A stretch of 64,000 nucleotides of DNA, taken from assembly GCA_945872565.1 (NCBI GenBank), contig CAMBZN010000009.1, forward strand, positions 2,420 to 66,419, given 5' to 3'. The first letter of the stretch is position 1; every line of letters begins with the position of its first letter. Source of the stretch: Chlamydia trachomatis (lineage in GTDB: Bacteria > Chlamydiota > Chlamydiia > Chlamydiales > 2-12-FULL-49-11). Below the pieces are notes generated by a model that was not told where the DNA came from, ran no database searches, and saw only the letters and a program-made list of their open reading frames with translations. Shown piece by piece: positions 58,303 to 64,000 of the stretch. The position numbers and the translations under genes are program-made.

Positions 58303-59025
58303 ATGTCTTGGTTGTGTGATGAATTAAAATTTGAAAAAGATTGGTATTTAAACTTGATAAAAAATGGAAATGAGAAGATCATTATTGCAGAGTTTATTAA
58401 AAGAAATTTGATGCAAAGTAGAATAGGCAATTTTTTGGAAGTAGGTATGGGTACTAACCCTATTTTTGCAGCGTTATTATCTTCAGAAGTAAAAGATTAC
58501 CTTATTGTTGAAAAGGAAGAGGTAGGGGATTGTAAGCTTCCAGAAAATGTACGATTGCTAACCGATGATTTTGAAAAAATTCAACTAAAGAATATGTTCG
58601 ATCTCATCCTTTTATCGCATGTTATTTATTATTTCCAAGATTTAAAGGCCTCTATAAGAAAAGTTCTTTCCCATTTAACAAAAACAGGCAAAGCAGTGTT
58701 TGTAGTCAATGGACCTGAAAACGATTATGGTCGATTAAAAGGGGCTTTTTCTAGTATTACTAATACTTCATGGACTTTTACCTATCATAGGTTAAAAGAG
58801 CAGTTGAAAAATTGCACGTATGAAGAATATTCTATTGAATCTTGTATTAATTTCAAAACACCAGAAGAGCTTTATGAAAGCGTGAGATTATTTTTTGATG
58901 TCTACCCTGTAGAGTTCAACGAACATAAAGGGGAAATTATCAAGTGGATGGAAGAAAATATACAAAATAATATTTTTAAAATGGATCAGAAAATTATAGT
59001 GGTAGGGGCAAATTATGACTTCTAA
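58303..59025 (+). CDS. class I SAM-dependent methyltransferase
   Basis: FLEVGMG, FDLILLSHVIYY, LTKTG. Confidence 0.8.
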   Translation: MSWLCDELKFEKDWYLNLIKNGNEKIIIAEFIKRNLMQSRIGNFLEVGMGTNPIFAALLSSEVKDYLIVEKEEVGDCKLPENVRLLTDDFEKIQLKNMFDLILLSHVIYYFQDLKASIRKVLSHLTKTGKAVFVVNGPENDYGRLKGAFSSITNTSWTFTYHRLKEQLKNCTYEEYSIESCINFKTPEELYESVRLFFDVYPVEFNEHKGEIIKWMEENIQNNIFKMDQKIIVVGANYDF

Positions 59026-59710
59026 GAACAGATGGAAGAAATTGTCTAAAGATTTTTTAGAGGCTCATCAAGCAAAGGGGTTAAATTTATCTTTTGAAAT
59101 TGAAGGGGTTAAATTCAAGGCGTTGCCGGGAGTGTTTTCTCCGGAAATTTCTTCTGATACACGCTGGTTTTCTGCTCAATTAATGCCTTTAATTCAGGGT
59201 AAGTCTTTTTTAGAAATTGGTTCTGGAACAGGAGCAATAGCATGTCTTGCAAAATTAAATGGAGCAACATCTGTTTCTGCAACAGATATTAGTAAAGTTG
59301 CGGTGGAAAATATAGCAATCAATGCGCAGTTACATCATTTAGAAATGCAAATTTATCAGGGGAGTGTCTTTGATCCAATTCCCAAAGAAGAAAAATTTGA
59401 TGTAATTTTTTGGAATCACCCATTTAATTATACTGAAAATACTAGTGATTTAGTAGATGAACTTTCTTTTTCCGTTTTTGATCTTGGGTACGAATGTTTA
59501 ACGCAATACTTGAAACACTCCATTTTAAGGATAACTCCAAATGGTCAGGTGTTGCTTGGAACAGGCAATATTGCAAGAATCAATAAAATCAAAGAAATAG
59601 CCTTTGAGTTTGATTTACAAATGGATCTTATAGTCAAAAAAGAGGTGGATATAAGCTCTAAAAGCACTACGCAAATGGATTTGCGAATCTATTCTATTTC
59701 GAAAAAATAA
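59015..59710 (+). CDS. HemK/PrmC-like N-methyltransferase
   Basis: PGVFSP, LEIGSGTG, ATDIS, FDVIFWNHPF (NPPF-like motif IV). Confidence 0.82.
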   Translation: MTSKNRWKKLSKDFLEAHQAKGLNLSFEIEGVKFKALPGVFSPEISSDTRWFSAQLMPLIQGKSFLEIGSGTGAIACLAKLNGATSVSATDISKVAVENIAINAQLHHLEMQIYQGSVFDPIPKEEKFDVIFWNHPFNYTENTSDLVDELSFSVFDLGYECLTQYLKHSILRITPNGQVLLGTGNIARINKIKEIAFEFDLQMDLIVKKEVDISSKSTTQMDLRIYSISKK

Positions 59711-59721
59711 GACTATGATTT

Positions 59722-60507
59722 TTAAGAACCTATTAAGACCCTGGCACTGTGCTGGGTTAATTCATAGGCGGCCTGTTCATGATTAAAGCAAGAATCGATA
59801 AAATGTTCGATATGATCTTCAATATCTAACTTTTTTCCCTTAGAAAGAGCGTTATATTCTTCAGGTAAGTAACAATCATCAATAGCAAATATATGAACCA
59901 AGTCACTGAATTTTTGTCTATCGGGTTCTCTGTAAGTGCTCGTTTCAAACTCTACCGAATAATCAATTTTATTCTTTTTTAAAGTGGTGCACAAAACGCC
60001 TGAATGGGAGTAGTTTGGATTAATTACACTACATAAGGTATGAAAGCGCCCTTCAGGAGCGGTTAATAAAATAAGACCAGAGCCATCAATGTCTAGTAAC
60101 TGTTGCATTTTTAACAACAGAGGACCCCACTGAATTTGTGGTACGTGATAGAGCATGTGCGAACATAATATATTACTATATTTTCTATCAAATTCTACAT
60201 CTTGAAAATTTCCAATAACATATTGAAATGTAGAATTTTTTGCAAGTTTTTGGTAGCTAGGTATATAATCCTTATTTGGATCTAAAGCCGTTACAGATCC
60301 AAAAATCTTTGTAAGAGCACCTGCAACAAAGCCAGGGCCTGCTCCAATATCTAATAGAGAGCTGTCTTGTCCGGCTTTTGGTCTAAAGACATTTGCTGCA
60401 TATTCAATTAAATTGGCCACGTGATCTGTGCACTCGGCAAATGTTTCTTCAACTTGGGCATAGGTGGCGCATGTAACGTTGCTTTGTAATTGATGTGTTT
60501 TTTCCAT
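59722..60507 (-). CDS. class I SAM-dependent methyltransferase
   Basis: LLDIGAGPG, VTALDP, ILCSHMLYHV. Confidence 0.85.
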   Translation of the reverse strand: MEKTHQLQSNVTCATYAQVEETFAECTDHVANLIEYAANVFRPKAGQDSSLLDIGAGPGFVAGALTKIFGSVTALDPNKDYIPSYQKLAKNSTFQYVIGNFQDVEFDRKYSNILCSHMLYHVPQIQWGPLLLKMQQLLDIDGSGLILLTAPEGRFHTLCSVINPNYSHSGVLCTTLKKNKIDYSVEFETSTYREPDRQKFSDLVHIFAIDDCYLPEEYNALSKGKKLDIEDHIEHFIDSCFNHEQAAYELTQHSARVLIGS

Positions 60508-60566
60508 ACTAGTAGTTTAACATAATAAGTGAAATTAATGAAGAAGAAAAAAAACAACTTAAGCTT

Positions 60567-61577
60567 CTAATCGTTAATGACATCCGGGAATCGAAATTGG
60601 TCTTTTTGCGTATTAGGTCGTTTTTTGTCATGACGGTAGGTAGAAATAATTACAATTATGCCCCCTAAGGTCATAATAATTGATCCTATAAGAGATTCCC
60701 AATTAAGAATTTTTGAATTAATTTCCCAATTAAAAGTCTCTACAAATACAGGTAAAAAAAAGGCAATAGATCCAATTACATGATTTTCCGAAAAATAGAA
60801 GGATTCTAAAAAACAAAATAGAGCAAGTCCCCAAATGAGTCCGGAGACTGCCATTACGTACATTGAAGAATAAGTTGGAAGTTCAAATGTTTCGCTAAGG
60901 CCAAAGATGAAAGTGCAAAAGGCCGATCCCATAAAGGAGATCAGTGCACTATAGAAGCAAATGCGTAAGGGGGGGTCTCTGCGTATCATATATCTTGTAA
61001 GAAAAATAACAGTTGCTAGGCAGATGCCTGATAAAGTCCCAAAGCTAGCACCTGTAATAGCTTGATCAGATCCAGAATCAAAGGTGTAAATAAAAAATAT
61101 TCCAACAGTGCCAACAATTACACCCAGCCAAACCCCTTTAGGAAAGCGAAAGTGGAGAAAGTGAAGAAAGAGAATGAGCCAAAAGGAATCTGTACTATAT
61201 AGGATCGAGTTATCTATTTTATCACTCCAAGCTTTAGACAGAGCATAAAAAATCATAATAAGAAAGCCAAAAATACCTCTTGTAGTAACAAGCAAAGGGC
61301 GATTGCATTTAAAATAATTTCCACCTTGCCCCAAACAAAAGATAAGAAATACAAGGGTCATAACAAAATTTAACACTGTTAGTTCGAAGAAGATATAGTA
61401 CATAGAGTTAGAGGCGTGATTTTTAAAGACTTCTGTTTGAAAAAAAACCGTGTATAAAGCGTATAAAATATACCCAACAATGGTGAGAATAATGCCCAGA
61501 TGTCGTTGACTTTTATGGATAATAGGATCTTCGTGAAAGGATTCTTTAATCTTTTGGATGTCGGTCTTAAAACCCAT
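60567..61577 (-). CDS. EamA/DMT-family transporter
   Basis: About ten TM segments in two repeats; RGIFG, GVIVGTVGI, GSIIMTLGG. Confidence 0.8.
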   Translation of the reverse strand: MGFKTDIQKIKESFHEDPIIHKSQRHLGIILTIVGYILYALYTVFFQTEVFKNHASNSMYYIFFELTVLNFVMTLVFLIFCLGQGGNYFKCNRPLLVTTRGIFGFLIMIFYALSKAWSDKIDNSILYSTDSFWLILFLHFLHFRFPKGVWLGVIVGTVGIFFIYTFDSGSDQAITGASFGTLSGICLATVIFLTRYMIRRDPPLRICFYSALISFMGSAFCTFIFGLSETFELPTYSSMYVMAVSGLIWGLALFCFLESFYFSENHVIGSIAFFLPVFVETFNWEINSKILNWESLIGSIIMTLGGIIVIISTYRHDKKRPNTQKDQFRFPDVIND

Positions 61578-61743
61578 AAACAGCCTATATGTGTTGTTTT
61601 CTAGACAGTATGAAATTACAAAGATTAGTTCAATAGTTTTTAGGAAAAATCGAAGTAGGATAGGCGGTTCAGATTTTTATTGATTTTTACTCGACACATT
61701 GCTTAAATACAAACAAATAATTTATCAAATCTTAAGGAGATTT

Positions 61744-62259
61744 ATGGATACTACTTCAAGTGTTAACATCAGATTTGCTTCAAAAGTGAAACTTTCATCA
61801 ATCGAAGAGATTCGTTTAGATATTCTTGGTGTATCTAACCGGTACACTGTTCATCTCTCTATAGATGAACAAATAGAGGGTTTAACATACTTTAAATGGC
61901 GATCGGAAAATGTTCCACCTTTAGATCCTGAAAGAGTCGCTTATTCTAAGAAGTTATCTATGAGGGAAGAACAGGCAAGGGGTTTGATACTATCAGTTCT
62001 TAAAAAACCAGCAGGAGAGCAGGAGCTAAAAAGGAACCAAATACGTTTAGAAATCGCACCCGCGTCAAAAATTGGTCACAATAATACGATTGAGTTTAGT
62101 GAAAGCAACGGCGTTTTTTCAGCAAAACTTATAAATGAAGATGAAGTCCGAAGATCTATAGAAAGAATGCATAAACTGATTGACGAATACTTTCGACAAC
62201 AAGAGTTGATTAAAGATACAGCAGAAAATGAAGCAAGAGCGCTGATTAACGAGCAATGA
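61744..62259 (+). CDS. hypothetical protein (possibly the 5' part of a frameshifted gene)
   Basis: AAGGAG RBS, MDTTSSVN start, coiled-coil end; ATGA overlap with the next ORF. Confidence 0.6.
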   Translation: MDTTSSVNIRFASKVKLSSIEEIRLDILGVSNRYTVHLSIDEQIEGLTYFKWRSENVPPLDPERVAYSKKLSMREEQARGLILSVLKKPAGEQELKRNQIRLEIAPASKIGHNNTIEFSESNGVFSAKLINEDEVRRSIERMHKLIDEYFRQQELIKDTAENEARALINEQ

Positions 62260-62663
62260 GGGTAGGAGGGATATTCAAGGATATAGCAGCGGTCGGGCAC
62301 GTAATGGGTCTAGGCGTAGCTGTGCCATCTGACCAAGCGCCCGAGTTTACAACGGAGCAATTGCAAGAAATGCCCACCGCTGAATTAAAAAGACTTTTTG
62401 AAAGGTCTATGATCAAAGATAAAAGATTTGCCATTGCTCGGTTGAACGCAGCTCAAGTGGGGAACGAGGATGAAATGACTGCTATAATTCAAAATGAGAA
62501 AAGCAATAGTGAATTAATATTGAGGGTATCTAAGGTTATAGAAACCAGAGAAGGGTCTGTTAGAATGCCTACTTCACAAGAGTTCATGAATTTAGAAGCA
62601 GAGGAAGCGCGGCTCTTAAATGAACAAATGCAAAAAATTGGAGAAACGTGCTCTATTCAATAA
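62256..62663 (+). CDS. hypothetical coiled-coil protein with C-terminal CaaX motif (CSIQ)
   Basis: Ends ETCSIQ*; repeats the NEDE and EAR.L.NEQ motifs of the upstream ORF. Confidence 0.6.
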   Translation: MRVGGIFKDIAAVGHVMGLGVAVPSDQAPEFTTEQLQEMPTAELKRLFERSMIKDKRFAIARLNAAQVGNEDEMTAIIQNEKSNSELILRVSKVIETREGSVRMPTSQEFMNLEAEEARLLNEQMQKIGETCSIQ

Positions 62664-62718
62664 AATTGAAGAGTAAAGCGTTATATGCTACACTTGAAAA
62701 ATTATTCAGGAGGTAGCT

Positions 62719-63165
62719 GTGAAGTGTCCGTATTGTGGGTATGAGGAGACAAAAGTCACTGATTCTAGAAATCAGACAGATTCAAACTCTGTAAGGCGAA
62801 GACGGGAATGTTTACAATGTGAAAAGCGCTTTACAACATTTGAGTCAGTGGATTTAACCGTGCAGGTAAAAAAAAGGGACGGAAGCTTTCAAGAGTTTAA
62901 GCTAGAAAAACTGATCAATGGACTAGATAGCGCTTGCCGCCATACTCGGATCAGTCATGATCAGGTAGTTGCTATTGCATCAGATGTTGCAATGGAGATT
63001 ATGGCAAGTGGAGTCAGAGAAATCGACACTTTAAAAATAGGTGAAATTGTGATGAACAGACTTTCCAATTTGGATGCAATTGCCTATGTTCGTTTTGCTT
63101 GTGTGTATCGACGTTTTAAGGATAAAAATGAGTTGATGAATGCCTTGGTGGATGTAATCAAGTGA
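62719..63165 (+). CDS. nrdR: transcriptional repressor NrdR
   Basis: MKCPYC, DSR, RRRRECLQC, RFTTFE, ATP-cone, AYVRFACVY. Confidence 0.97.
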   Translation: MKCPYCGYEETKVTDSRNQTDSNSVRRRRECLQCEKRFTTFESVDLTVQVKKRDGSFQEFKLEKLINGLDSACRHTRISHDQVVAIASDVAMEIMASGVREIDTLKIGEIVMNRLSNLDAIAYVRFACVYRRFKDKNELMNALVDVIK

Positions 63166-63641
63166 AAAAAGCTTTGTATGTGGTTTTAGCCGCTGTTTTT
63201 TTTAGCTTTGATTTTTTGCTCAAGCATTTTGTAATCAATCATCAAGGGGAGCTTTCCTCTGGGGTCCTTTCTTATCATATGTCTTTGTTCTCTTTTATAA
63301 GTTTTGATCTTGTTTACGTAGAAAATACAGGAATTGCTTGGGGAATGTTTTCCTCATTTCAAGGGGTGATTTTGATTTTACGGGTTTTGGTAATTTTGGC
63401 ACTTATTGTCGGGCTATGTAAGAGTAAAAGGATGCAAAAGGAACTGTTCTTATATCTTTTGATTATATTTGGGGCCTTTGCCAATGTGTTGGATACATTT
63501 ATGTACGGGCATGTGGTGGATATGCTCCATTTCCTTTTTTGGGGTAGATCGTATGGAATTTTTAATCTGGCCGACGCGATGATCTTTTTAGGGGCGATAG
63601 GCATTCTATTTAATAGAGAGGGAGCCTGTGTTGTTAAATAG
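63162..63641 (+). CDS. lspA: lipoprotein signal peptidase II
   Basis: NTGIAWG, GAFANVLD, GHVVD, FNLAD. Confidence 0.95.
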   Translation: MKKALYVVLAAVFFSFDFLLKHFVINHQGELSSGVLSYHMSLFSFISFDLVYVENTGIAWGMFSSFQGVILILRVLVILALIVGLCKSKRMQKELFLYLLIIFGAFANVLDTFMYGHVVDMLHFLFWGRSYGIFNLADAMIFLGAIGILFNREGACVVK

Positions 63642-64000
63642 TAAATTTGAAAAAGCGCAGCTTGTTTCGTATCATTTATTATTATCACAAGCTGAGCTTG
63701 AAAGTCTTCTTCCCGATGGAAATTTTCTCTATTTAGGAAAAATGGTTGAAAGGCCGATCATTTCTAAGCAAGAAATGATTTCTGCTGCATTGGGAAAAAA
63801 AATGCATAAAGTGGGGTTTGCTTTTAGTTTAAATCATTTTTCAATGATGGAAATTGCAGGAAAGGGAGTGATTGCAAAATCTGTGTTGCCGGTGGTAGAA
63901 ATTTCTCCTTTTTTTTTCTTGATTACAAGGGATGGAGCCCTCCTTGAGCAGGCAGGTATAGACTCTATCGAATTTGGACTCACCCTGGCCTATCCCATGC
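63631..64000 (+). CDS. hypothetical protein, partial (runs off the window end)
   Basis: Open frame from TTG after GAGGGAG: LLNSKFEKAQLVSYHLLLS...SIEFGLTLAYPM; not in the ORF track. Confidence 0.6.
   Translation, partial: MLNSKFEKAQLVSYHLLLSQAELESLLPDGNFLYLGKMVERPIISKQEMISAALGKKMHKVGFAFSLNHFSMMEIAGKGVIAKSVLPVVEISPFFFLITRDGALLEQAGIDSIEFGLTLAYPM

Overview
AT-rich chromosomal window from an environmental member of the Chlamydiae (Chlamydiota). The assignment rests on the sctJ-K-L-R-S-T type III secretion cluster, the pGP5/pGP6-like parA pair, rpsL-rpsG-fusA-rpsJ without tuf beside tsp, the rluB/gpmA/nifS/nifU and birA/rodA synteny, MOMP-like porins and Inc-like proteins. The core backbone (kdsB, sufBCDS, glgP, pit, str operon, obg-rpmA-rplU, Zn/Mn ABC transporter, nrdR, lspA, tRNA-Phe) is interleaved with accessory genes. 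These include a partial Rhs protein, five tandem MOMP-like porins, a proteobacterial-type ackA-pta, two Inc-like paralogs, signal-peptide-bearing glycosyltransferases, a PagL-like gene, a TolC plus degenerate multicopper oxidase cassette and a methyltransferase/EamA islet. The best leads are: (1) a perfect 14-bp inverted repeat pair bracketing the consensus promoter of one porin gene, a candidate invertible switch; (2) TA-flanked palindromic TAGACCTCTT elements, one of which supplies the SufS C-terminus; (3) a multicopper oxidase that has lost most copper ligands; (4) a probably frameshifted repeat protein ending in a CaaX motif; (5) three methyltransferases beside a possible SAM carrier. All calls come from reading the sequence and remembered family motifs; no searches were run.
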